Shown here in pieces: positions 49,798 to 64,000 of a stretch of 64,000 bases of DNA (position 1 is the stretch's first letter; every line of letters starts with the position of its first letter). Made by a program: the position numbers and the translations under genes. Location of the stretch: assembly GCF_009914755.1 (NCBI RefSeq), contig NC_060925.1, one strand, 5' to 3'. The notes beneath the pieces were generated by a model. The model saw only the letters and a program-made list of their open reading frames with translations, was not told where the DNA came from and did no database searches. This stretch comes from the human T2T-CHM13v2.0 reference genome, Homo sapiens.

Positions 49798-52700
49798 ATG
49801 GCCACGCTGAGCGTCAAGCCAAGTCGGCGCTTCCAGCTGCCCGACTGGCACACTAACAGCTACCTGCTATCCACCAATGCCCAGCTGCAGCGAGATGCTT
49901 CCCATCAGATCCGCCAGGAGGCCCGGGTGCTCCGCAACGAGACCAACAACCAGGTTGGGGATGGGAACTCAGCTGGGTGGGCAAAGGGATAGCCCCCAAC
50001 CCCTTGACACCCTCTCTATCTGGCTCTGTCTCTCTCAGACCATTTGGGATGAACATGACAACAGGACTCGACTGGTGGAGAGGATTGATACTGTCAACCG
50101 GTGGAAGGAGATGCTGGACAAGTGTCTGACAGATTTAGATGCCGAGATCGATGCCCTGACACAGGCAGGGATCCAGGACTGGGTGCCCGGGGGCTGCTGC
50201 CGAAACCTCCCCTCCTTCCCCACAGCTAGGTTGAGAAGCCCTTGATGGGGGGTCATGAGTGGCATGTCCATCCGAGTCACTGGCCCCCTGCTAAAGTGGG
50301 GACAAGCGCTACTTCCCCATGGATGGCCCCACCAGCACCCCCGCCCACTCTTTTCTTTTCTTTTTTTTTCTTTCTTTCTTTTCTTTTTTTTTTTTTTTTT
50401 TTTTTTTTGAGACAGCATCTGGATCTGTTGCCCAGGCTGGAGTGCAGTGGTGTGATCGTGGCTCACTGCAACCTCCGCCTCCTGGGCTCAAGCGATTCTC
50501 CTGCCTCAGCCTCCTGAGTAAAGTAGCTGGGACTACAGGCGTGCGCCATCACTCCCAGCTAATTTTTGTATTTTTAGTAGAGACGGGGTTTCACCATTTT
50601 GGCCAGGCTGTTCTCGAACTCCTGACCTCAAGTGTTCCATCCAACTCGGCCTCCCGAAGTGCTGGGATTACAGATGTGAGCCACCGTGCCCGGCCGCGCC
50701 CTCTTTTCTAGATGAAGGAGTCAGCAGAGCAAAACCTGCAGGCCAAGAACCTGCCTCTGGATGTGGCCATTGAGTGCCTGACCCTGCGGGAAAGCCGGCG
50801 AGACATTGATGTGGTGAAGGACCCTGTGGAGGATGAGCTGCATAAAGAGGTGGAGGTCATCGAGGCCACCAAGAAGGCCTTGCAACAGAAGGTCAGCCAG
50901 GCCTTCGAGCAGCTCTGGTAAGGGAGAGGCAGGTCGTCCGCATGTTCATGGGCCCCTGGAGGCTGTGTGCCTTCAATGTGGAACACAGGTATTGTGGATG
51001 AGGAGCAACTGGCTCTCGTGCTACATTTTGGCCCTCTGGTGCCTGTGACAGAAACCACTAATCAATTGTAGCACTCTTCCCACTGCCTGGACATGGGCTC
51101 AGAATACTTCTCACGACCCTGCCCTGGGCAGCCGGTATCCACTGATTGGAAGCATGAGAGGTGACACCCGTTTGCCACCACCCCTGAGTAGCTCCTGTGA
51201 GTGTGTGTGTATGAGCCTTTGTGAGCGCAGCTACATCCGTGTGCCCCGCAGGTGTATAGGGCTCATGGGGGTCAGCATTTCCACTCGATTTTCATCCTGC
51301 GGGTGTGTAGGACGCGTGGGGTCAGCATTTTCATCCGATTTTCATCCTGCGGGTGTGTAGGGCACGTGGGGGCAGCATTTTTATCCTACGGTGTGTAGGG
51401 CATGTGGGGGCAGCATTTTCATCCAGCTGTGCTGCTCTTGGTCTCAGTGGCTGAAGCTCCATTGTCTTCTGCTGGGAAGGGTCACCCCAGCCTCCTCTTC
51501 CTGTGGTGTCCCTTTAGTACAGTGAGGCCTGCCTCTGGCCCTTGGGGGATGGTCCTGATGGAGTCTGCGCTTTCCCCAGCCTCTTGCAGGAAGTCCAACA
51601 GCAGCTCAACTCCGACCATCGGGGCAAAATGGAGACACTAGAGATCGACAGAGGCTGTCTCTCTCTCAACCTCAGATCCCCAAACATCTCGCTGAAGGTT
51701 GACCCCACACGTGTACCTGATGGGTAAGAAGAGTGTTTCAGCCAGTCTCTTCTCCTCCCCTCCCAGGCCACACCCTCATGACCCCCATTTTCCCTGCCAC
51801 CTGCAGCTCCACCACACTCCAGCAGTGGGATGACTTCAGTCGGTTCAACAAGGACCGAGCGGAGGCTGAGATGAAGGCAGCCACAGAGCTGAGGGAGGCC
51901 ACTGCTCTAACTATTGCTGAGGTGACAGGCCACCCACAGCTAATGGATGGTCCCAGTGTGCGCTCAGCCCTTATCTTCTGTTCCCTGCTGTGCATGTGGC
52001 CCCCTGCCCCTCGCTTGAGTAATATCCTCAGGCAGCCCTGAGTGTAGACCCTCCCCTTGCCCTGTGTTTTCTCCTTCAGACCAACAACGAGCTTGAAGCC
52101 CAGAGAGTTGCAACGGAATTTGCCTTCAGGAAGCGGCTGCGGGAGATGGAGAAAGTGTACAGTGAGCTCAAGTGGCAAGAGAAGAATGTGAGCATCTCCA
52201 GGGGCCTGGACTTCCTGCTGTGGGATGAGAAGCCGCATGCCCCCGCCAGGAGGCACTGGACCAGGCATGCACGTGAGTCCAGCAGGTGGAAACCAGTCAC
52301 TCTGTCCCCTGCAGACCTTGGAGGAGATCGCTGAGCTGCAGGAGGACATCCGGCACCTGGAGGAGGATCTGCGCACAAAGCTCCTGAGCCTGAAGCTGTC
52401 CCATACCCGGCTAGAGGCCAGAACCTACCGGCCCAACGTGGAACTCTGCCGGGACCAGGTGAGAGGGTGTCCCAGTGGCGCACGGGCCCCCTAGCCAAGG
52501 TTTTCTCATATTCCTGATGGAGCAAGGGCACTGCTGTCAAGGGGCAGCACTCAGGTAAAGGACAGTGTGGCTGACTTGGAACTCCCAACCCCTCTGCCTC
52601 CAGGCACAGTACGGCCTCACCGACGAGGTTCACCAGCTAGAGGCAACCATCGCTGCCCTGAAGCAGAAGCTGGCGCAAGCACAGTAGGTCTCGGGAGTGG

Positions 52701-53062
52701 GCGGAAGGAGCAGTGAGACGCTGCCCACAAATGGGGCCTCTTGCTGGCTGCTGGCTCCCTGGGGCTGTCTTCCTGACTGAAGGCTATGCACGCAGCCCAG
52801 GCCTCCCAGCCTCATGGGGGCTGGGGGGTTGTCAATGTCCTTCCCTAGGGACGCACTGGACGCCCTGTGCAAGCACCTGGCCCGGCTGCAGGCTGACATT
52901 GCCTGCAAGGCCAACTCCATGCTGCTGGACACCAAGTGCATGGACACGCGGCGCAAGCTGACCGTGCCTGCTGAGAGGTTCGTGCCTGAGGTGGACACCT
53001 TCACACGTACCACAAATAGCACCCTGAGTCCACTCAAAAGCTGCCAGCTGGAGCTGGCCTAG
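49798..53062 (+). CDS. TEKT2: Tektin-2, 430 aa; coding exons 49798-49953, 50039-50164, 50712-50917, 51580-51723, 51807-51921, 52080-52187, 52315-52458, 52604-52683, 52849-53062
   Basis: Exons sum to 1293 nt (430 aa plus stop) with consistent phases; [12 protein letters not shown] start; tektin signature RPNVELCRD; one GC donor at 50165. Confidence 0.96.
50350..50695 (-). mobile_element. Antisense Alu in TEKT2 intron, ending 16 nt before the next exon
   Basis: Poly(T) tail and Alu body; imperfect TSD gcccactcttttct / gcgccctcttttct. Confidence 0.9.
51245..51425 (+). repeat. Minisatellite, about 4 degenerate 40-50-bp units (ggtgtgtagggcacgtgggggcagcattttcatcc...)
   Basis: Seen directly in a TEKT2 intron. 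Confidence 0.85.
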
Positions 53063-53131
53063 CCTTGGAGGACTGCAGGAGGAGGGCAGGGTTGGGTGGG
53101 CAATGGAAGGAGGGAGGAGAGAAATGAATGG

Positions 53132-53137
53132 AATAAA
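53132..53137 (+). terminator. TEKT2: TEKT2 poly(A) signal AATAAA
   Basis: 70 nt after the TAG. Confidence 0.85.
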
Positions 53138-53780
53138 TGCAGAGGATCTCAGGCCGGCTGTTCTCTGCCCCACTGTATGTAGCCAGCAGGGAGAGGGTTC
53201 TTGAACACCCTCCTGTCTATGGAGGAGCAAAGATGGGGAACACTATTCCTCCGAACTCCATGTACCAAATCCAGTTCTTTCCCTCCCCTCAGGGCACCCC
53301 TCTCTGGGCTGGGTCAGCACTCCTGGGCTGCAGCAGCGCGGCCTCTACCTGGCTGTGTCCCAGTTGGCCCCTGGTCCGCCCTCCTGATGCTTAAGGGAGG
53401 CCCACAGGGGGCAAGGGCCCGGTGGGAGGGCTTGGGGGTGGTCCCGGCCTCGGTGGGGAGGGCCGGCTGGGGGTGCGGAGTTAGGGTTGCTCGCCTGCGG
53501 AAGGCAGTGTGGGCTGCAGTGATCCAATGGTCTGGCTCAGTGCCCATCCCCCGGAGACCCCATAGTGGCCTTCCCACCCAGTTAGCCCAGTGGTGAGGAG
53601 CGGAAAACCGAGACTCAAAGCACAGGCTGGCGGGAAGTGCGCGGCGCCGCGACTCCGGGCCGCTGGGCGGCGCTGTGGGCCTGGCGGCGGAGTGGAAACT
53701 CTAGGCCCCAGGGAGCCCTGCGGACGGAAGTAGGGAAACTGTGAGGGCGGCACCGGAAGTGGCGAGCAGTCTGCGCGCGG

Positions 53781-58266
<4,486 letters not shown>

Positions 58267-58787
58267 TGAGGGCTACAGCTGTTGGGGCTCTGCCAGGTCC
58301 CCTGGGACCAACTACAGCTCCAATCAGAAACCCTGCGCTTCCTTGAGTGTGGCTTCCCACTTTTCCTGCATTGTGGAGCTGACTGAGTACACCGGTGAGG
58401 CTGGGGTCTCTGCAGGGGAGGTCACTGGAACAGCGAGCAAGGGACTGGTGCCTCGCTGGTGCTGGGTCTCTGGTTTGCTGCAGAGCCGTAGGACACTCCT
58501 GGCTCCTCAGTAGGACAGACAGACGCAGGCGGGTTTATTTTGGAGGGGTACTTGTGGCATTTTCCTGTATTGTCTTGGACATGGGATGTGGGGAGGTGGA
58601 AATGATGAGCAGTAGCATCATTTCTCCCTGTTGGGTTTTAGCCAGTTTGCCAGCAAGCGCATCCTAGCAGGGTCCCCGAGCAGCAGGTTGTGTGGATGAA
58701 GGGACAGGCACTTGCATCCAGCTGATCTAGGTCACACCTGGCTCTTGGCTGCCATGTGGCTTATTAACAGCTTCCAGTGGAAGTCGC

Positions 58788-58793
58788 AATAAA
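58788..58793 (+). terminator. ADPRS: ADPRS poly(A) signal AATAAA
   Basis: Followed by the GU/U-rich ctgtttcttgtttct. Confidence 0.85.
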
Positions 58794-60135
58794 CAGTTTT
58801 TGGTAAATCTCACCACTGTTTCTTGTTTCTCCTGCCCTGAATGGATTCTCCCCTGCCAGCCTGATCTCTGAAGACTAGTGCCTTTGTCTGTGCTGCACTG
58901 TCATAGAAGCTGGGGCCCCAAGGCCATGAGCTGCTGTGTTGCCAGGCACTCCAGCTGGCTGCGTGTTCAGCCAGGAAGGGCACAGCAGGCATGGTCTGGT
59001 GGCTTTTCCTGTTAGAGATCACTCAAAGTGGCCCAGGCTGCTGGGCCGAGTGCTTTGCCAGAGGCAGCGGGTAGGAACAAGCCAGATTTTTCTGTTCTCA
59101 GAGCCTGACTTCCCCAAACAGGAGCTAGGCCCAGCTGGGCCAGGAACAGGAACCCTGTAGAAGGATCCAGAGGGCCCTGCTATCATCAGACTACCAACCT
59201 TTGGGTGGGGAGGGCACCATCACGGGGCCCCGGGTGGACTGAGTGCCGTGTGCCTCCTCCTGTATCTTGGGACCAATCAAAAGCCTTTCCCTGCAAGGAA
59301 GTTTTACACAGCATGTTTTTAGAGATGGGGTCTCACTCTATTGCACAGGCGATCCTCCCACATGGGTTCCCAAGTATCTGAGACTAGCATCCATTCTGAA
59401 GAAGGGAAAATTGAAAGGGGGAAGATGCCTCCCCTCAAACTCCAGGGACATTCTCTGAGCATCCAGCCTCAGTGGCTAGCCGAGCATGTGCAGTCTGCAG
59501 CTGCCCTGCGGTTTCAGCACTCTCGGGCAGATCTGTTTTAGTGAAGATAGGGTTCTGGCTAGGCTGAGGACTCTTCAAAACACAGATTGCTTCAGGTCTG
59601 CCACCCAGACCCCCAGCGCCAGGGACAGATCTTTCGTGGCTGAGCATGGCAGGCTGTGAGCAGGTGCTTTCCGCCCAGGACAGCTCCCCCAGCCTGTCTT
59701 CAGCACTGGGCCTGACACTAGCCCAGCCCTTAGGAGCAAAGATTCATGATTTCATTCATAATTTGTATCAGATGTTGAAACTTGGCCCTCGGACTACTGA
59801 GCCAGCTGTCATGCTCCACTAGCCCTGAGAGCTTGCAGGAATATTCCAGTAAAGATTGAGCCATCGCCCCCAGCTCCAGCCACTACCTGCCTTTGGTTTC
59901 TTAAAATGCCTCCTGGCATTTGCCTGGCGCATGGCCTCAGCAGCTTACGAGCATCAGGCATTTGTGATGTGGTGGTGACAGAAATCCAGGTTAGGGAGCT
60001 GGTGAGGAGTGCATGATCCTTAAGAGCAGGCACACAAGCCCCAGAGAGCTTCCTGGACACCTTACAGAACCCAGAGGCTTGAGATACCTCTGTGTCAGTA
60101 TCAGTTTCAGCACAGTGCTGTTTTATACAACAGGT

Positions 60136-60141
60136 TTTATT
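60136..60141 (-). terminator. COL8A2: COL8A2 poly(A) signal (AATAAA on the minus strand)
   Basis: tttatt on plus, at the end of an AU-rich distal UTR segment about 2.3 kb past the stop. Confidence 0.75.
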
Positions 60142-62448
60142 GAGGATGTGTCAATACAGTTAACATGGTTGCTTGTCTTTTCAAAAAGAAGTTCCATTTT
60201 CTTTGATTCCCAAGTGCATTTTTCCTGAATCTTCTGTGATACAGGGCACATGATAGGTATGTAGAGAGCTAAGCTTCCTATACCAAGTTAGAAGTGAAAT
60301 GACTAGTGGAAAACATTTAAACTTTAATCTTAAAAAAAAAATAGGAATCAATATAAAAATGCACAAGGTAATGTCGTTTTCATAGTTAAAATCTGACATT
60401 GTTTATCAAAGCTAGTCAGTTAAGTGGACACCTGCAACTCAAATCCCATAAACATTTTAGAAACGCCAACCACCCCTCCTGAAAGGTTTGAGGAATGAAA
60501 TTTGGCAGAAGCTCAGCTCTGTGAAATAGCTCCCGTTTTTTTTCTTGGGACCCTACTTAGTTCCGTGGGCTCCCATTGGGAGCTGATTAATTTCTGCCAA
60601 TCAGAACCCATCCCTAACACATCAGATGATAGTGGCTTTGACCTAGGGAAGAAGAGGTTGAGCGAAGAACCCCCACCAGGTATGGTTTGAGAGTCCTTAG
60701 TTGGTTTTCTTGGGCGTTAGGTAGTAAGAAATCCACCAGGAACCCCAGCCAAAACCTTCTCAAGTGTCACTTGGGCAGATTTGGGTTATCATTCCTCCTT
60801 TTGAAGAAGTGAGCAAACAGCCTGCTTTGTTTGGAGAAGTTGTGGGCAGGGGAGGAGGGTTGGCAAGGAACCTGAAGGAACCCACTGCTCAGCCAGTCAG
60901 AAGTCAGCAGCCATCCTCCATTTTCAACATGGACCGCCTGGACACAGCCAGACTTGGAGCAGTGCAACGAGATCACAGACCGAATGACCCCAGTTCACAC
61001 TTGGTACAAGGAGTGGGGCTGGCCTGGCGAGGGCCGAGCGCGAGGCCCTGCAGCTGCGGGGAAAGTGGCCATCTTTGCACGAGCAGGAATGTCCACCACT
61101 CCCAGCACTCATCTCAGCCTTATCCACTCCGCTTGACGTAGGGACTGAGGGGTTGGGAGGGGCATCCTGCCTGTTTCCTGCAGAGGAGCTCTGATCGGGG
61201 AACAGGGCAGAAACGTCCAGAGCCAACTCATTCCCAAGGGACCTGTTGGCACCCTTTCTCTCCCAGCCTTAGCCTCCTGGGCCCTAGTCCTGCTTAGAAC
61301 AGGAAATTGGAACCAGAGGGTGGAAGGAGAGGAAGCCCCCACAGATGAACCCCTCTTGTACACACATACACCCACCATATGGTTCTTATTAAGGAAAAGG
61401 AAGTGGGAGCCGTCTTCATCCCCCAGCTCGCGTGCACCTTGTTCAGAGGGCCAAACGAGAGGTGCTCTGCCTTGGGGATACCTGGCTGGGGTGACAAGGA
61501 TCCTCTTACAATTTTGTATTGAGAAAACCAGCCCAGCCCGCAGCAGGTGGAAGGGGAGAAAGGGAAGAGTGCTCATGTTTGCTGATGGTCGATTCTGCCT
61601 CCGCCACCATCTGCACTAGATACTTCTAGACACTTCACAGAGGTTGATCTTTCTGGCCTGTAGGTGTCCCAGGGGCCTCTGTGCTGCCCTCAAGCTAAAC
61701 AGCCAGAGCTGGCGGGGGCAGCCCGGGAGAGACAGGGATGAACGTGAAGAGCTGCCTCCTGCCCCAGGTCTGTGCCCCAAGCCCTCACAAACTGCCTTCC
61801 CCATGGCTGCCACTGGAGCAGTGAAAGGGAGGTTGCCCTTTCCCAGGGCAACAGGCACTGTGCCCACCACGGACATGTCTGATGCCACAGCATCACCATG
61901 GGGGCTGCAGTCCTGGCAGGGTGTCCACACTCGCCACCTCGATGGTCCCCTCTTCTCCCTTCCCCTTGGAGGAAAACCCCACAGTCCTTAGTCCACTGTC
62001 ATATGCTGGAGGTCCCAGGGGGAGCTGGAGGAGCCCCAGCCAAGGGCTGTGAGGGAGGCCGTGCCCCTTTCCTCCAGCAGGTGCCATCAGGGAGCCAGTG
62101 GGAAGGGCTGTCTCCCCACGTGGCGGGGTGGGGAGTTGAGCTCCCTCTCAGCTCCTTCAGGGCCCAGCAGAGGCCAGGACTCACAAGGGGCTGGGCTGTG
62201 TGCCTCAGGGCCTATGGGGTGCAGCCCTGACACTGCACAGACATTTGGGGGAAAGAAACTCAGGCCAGCCCCTTCCAGAAACAATCTCAGCCTGCATGCA
62301 GGGAGAAAGCAAGTTAGTCTCCTCGGGCCAAGGCCACGGCCGCCTCTGTTCAGCTTTTGTTTTTTTTTCCAGGAGGTTCTTTGTAATTGAAAAGGTCGCT
62401 CTACCACTAAAGGGGAGGAGGCCAGGGCAGCAGGACACCCCCCGCGGG

Positions 62449-63999
62449 TTATGTGGGGCAGAGCAAGAATCCTGAAAAGGAGGAGTGGATGTACTCCGTG
62501 GAGTAGAGGCCGTTGGCCTGGTCCGACGGCATCTGCACCCAGACCTGGTCGTTGGGCCGCAGCTGGAGCACGGCCCCACCAGATGCCTGGTCCAGGTAGC
62601 CCTTCTTGTACTCATCGTAGGTATAGGTGGCCGGCACGTTGTTCTTGTACAGGGCCACCCACACGTTGGTGCCCTTGACGTGCACATGGTAAGCAAAGTA
62701 GTAGACGCCGCCCACAGGGCAGGTGAAGATGCCAGTGGCTGGGTTGTAGCCGCTGTGGCCATTGTAGAGAGTCCGGTCAAATTTCACGGGCATGCCCGAG
62801 GCGGGGAAGGGCGAGGTGAGCACCGCAGTGAAGGCCGGTGTGGCATGGGCAGACAGCTCGCCCAGCCCAAACTGTGGCTTGCCCCCCTTGCCCAGCACGG
62901 CACCCTCCACACCGCCGTTGGGCAGGTGCAAGCCTGCGATGCCAGTCTCATCGAAGGCCCCAGGGGCACCAGGGGGTCCCGGGGGCCCGGGAGGCCCCGG
63001 AGGGCCCGTGATTCCAGGGGAGCCAGGGACCCCTGGGGGCCCCGTGGGCCCAGCCGTGCCAGGTTCCCCTGCTCTCCCCTCTCCAGGGGGCCCTGGCAGG
63101 CCTGGTTCCCCCTTCAGGCCCGGCAGGCCTTGGGGCCCAATAGGGCCAGCTGGACCCTGGAGTCCTGGGATTCCTGAGGGACCCCTCAGGCCAGGCTGCC
63201 CAGGGAGCCCCAAGTCACCTTTCTGCCCCAGGGCTCCTGCCACCCCTGGTCCTCCAGGGCGACCCGTGAAACCCGGCTCACCCTTGGGCCCAGTTGGTCC
63301 AGGGGGTCCATGGGCCCCAGGAAGTCCCCTCTCACCTGGGACCCCTGGTTTCCCAGCCAGGCCACTAGGCCCCTGGTCACCTCGAATGCCAGGCACTCCT
63401 GGGGGTCCTCCAGGCCCTGCCTCACCCTTAGGCCCAGGGGGCCCACGTCTGCCAGGAAGCCCTGCAGACCCAGGAAGTCCAGGGGGACCCCCAAGACCCT
63501 GTGGGCCCTGCTCCCCTGGCTCCCCATCCTCCCCTGGCTCACCCCTGTCCCCCAAGAGTCCTGGGACCCCAGCTGGGCCCCTGTCCCCCTTGGGGCCTGG
63601 CAGTCCTGGCATCCCATAGCCAGTGGGGCCTATCAGCCCAGGGGGGCCCCGGGTCCCTGGCTCCCCTTTGGCCCCTGATGGGCCCTGTGGTCCTGGCAAC
63701 CCTGCTGCCCCTGGGACTCCCACACCGTCTACTCCAGGAGGTCCTTTTGGGCCCACAGCTCCTGGCTCCCCCCTGGGGCCTGGAACTCCAGGAGGCCCAG
63801 ACTCACCCTTGTCTCCTGGGGCCCCAGGAAGCCCATCCAAACCAGGTTTGCCTAAGCCAGCTGGACCAGGGAGGCCGGGGGGGCCGGGGGCACCCCCCTG
63901 CCCTGGGGCCCCAGGCAGCCCGGGCTGGCCCACTCCATTATCCCCCTTGAGGCCTCGATCACCTGGGGGCCCAGGCTCCCCCTGGGGCCCTGGTTCCCC
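62449..63999 (-). CDS. COL8A2: Collagen alpha-2(VIII) terminal exon, partial (Gly-X-Y COL1 domain plus NC1/C1q domain); continues beyond the window
   Basis: Frame is open from the window edge ([23 protein letters not shown]...) to TAA at 62451-62449; C1q motifs [30 protein letters not shown]. The ORF-track start at 63933 is an internal GTG. Confidence 0.97.
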   Translation of the reverse strand, partial: GEPGPQGEPGPPGDRGLKGDNGVGQPGLPGAPGQGGAPGPPGLPGPAGLGKPGLDGLPGAPGDKGESGPPGVPGPRGEPGAVGPKGPPGVDGVGVPGAAGLPGPQGPSGAKGEPGTRGPPGLIGPTGYGMPGLPGPKGDRGPAGVPGLLGDRGEPGEDGEPGEQGPQGLGGPPGLPGSAGLPGRRGPPGPKGEAGPGGPPGVPGIRGDQGPSGLAGKPGVPGERGLPGAHGPPGPTGPKGEPGFTGRPGGPGVAGALGQKGDLGLPGQPGLRGPSGIPGLQGPAGPIGPQGLPGLKGEPGLPGPPGEGRAGEPGTAGPTGPPGVPGSPGITGPPGPPGPPGPPGAPGAFDETGIAGLHLPNGGVEGAVLGKGGKPQFGLGELSAHATPAFTAVLTSPFPASGMPVKFDRTLYNGHSGYNPATGIFTCPVGGVYYFAYHVHVKGTNVWVALYKNNVPATYTYDEYKKGYLDQASGGAVLQLRPNDQVWVQMPSDQANGLYSTEYIHSSFSGFLLCPT

Positions 64000-64000
64000 C

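Noticed and set aside
51245-51425. CRISPR-like repeat/spacer appearance
   Set aside because: Degenerate tandem units without unique spacers in a primate intron; it is a minisatellite.
62205-63950. Collagen-like plus-strand ORF (62792-63619) and other alternate-frame ORFs
   Set aside because: Antisense of GGN-CCN codons regenerates Pro/Gly repeats; an artefact of the COL8A2 CDS.

Overview
Human-type (primate, Alu-dense) genomic DNA that I recognise as the AGO3 - TEKT2 - ADPRS(ADPRHL2) - COL8A2 region (chr1p34). Contents: (1) the last six coding exons of AGO3 (+; MID end/PIWI domain, intact DEDH tetrad, stop at 20616-20618), then a very long Alu-rich 3' UTR with distal poly(A) signals near 36.9 and 37.35 kb. 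An old L1 fragmented by Alus fills the 11-kb intron. (2) An intronless, strongly diverged MAGT1-like retrocopy on the minus strand (46196->45185). Its only disabling lesion is one 4-bp tandem duplication; removing it restores a 335-codon ORF with signal peptide, CxxC motif and TM region. It lies head-to-head with the RFX-box/CpG promoter of TEKT2. (3) Complete TEKT2 (+; 9 coding exons, 430 aa, one GC-AG intron). (4) Complete ADPRS/ARH3 (+; 6 exons, 363 aa). (5) The terminal exon of COL8A2 (-; Gly-X-Y plus C1q domain, 3' UTR to about 60.12 kb). The best candidate for something undescribed is the MAGT1-like copy, which looks like a long-selected 'out-of-X' retrogene that was inactivated recently or is polymorphic. 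Two locally templated insertions at the same Alu position are also notable. Exon boundaries were checked by hand for splice dinucleotides and frame; repeat boundaries and subfamilies are approximate and by eye.
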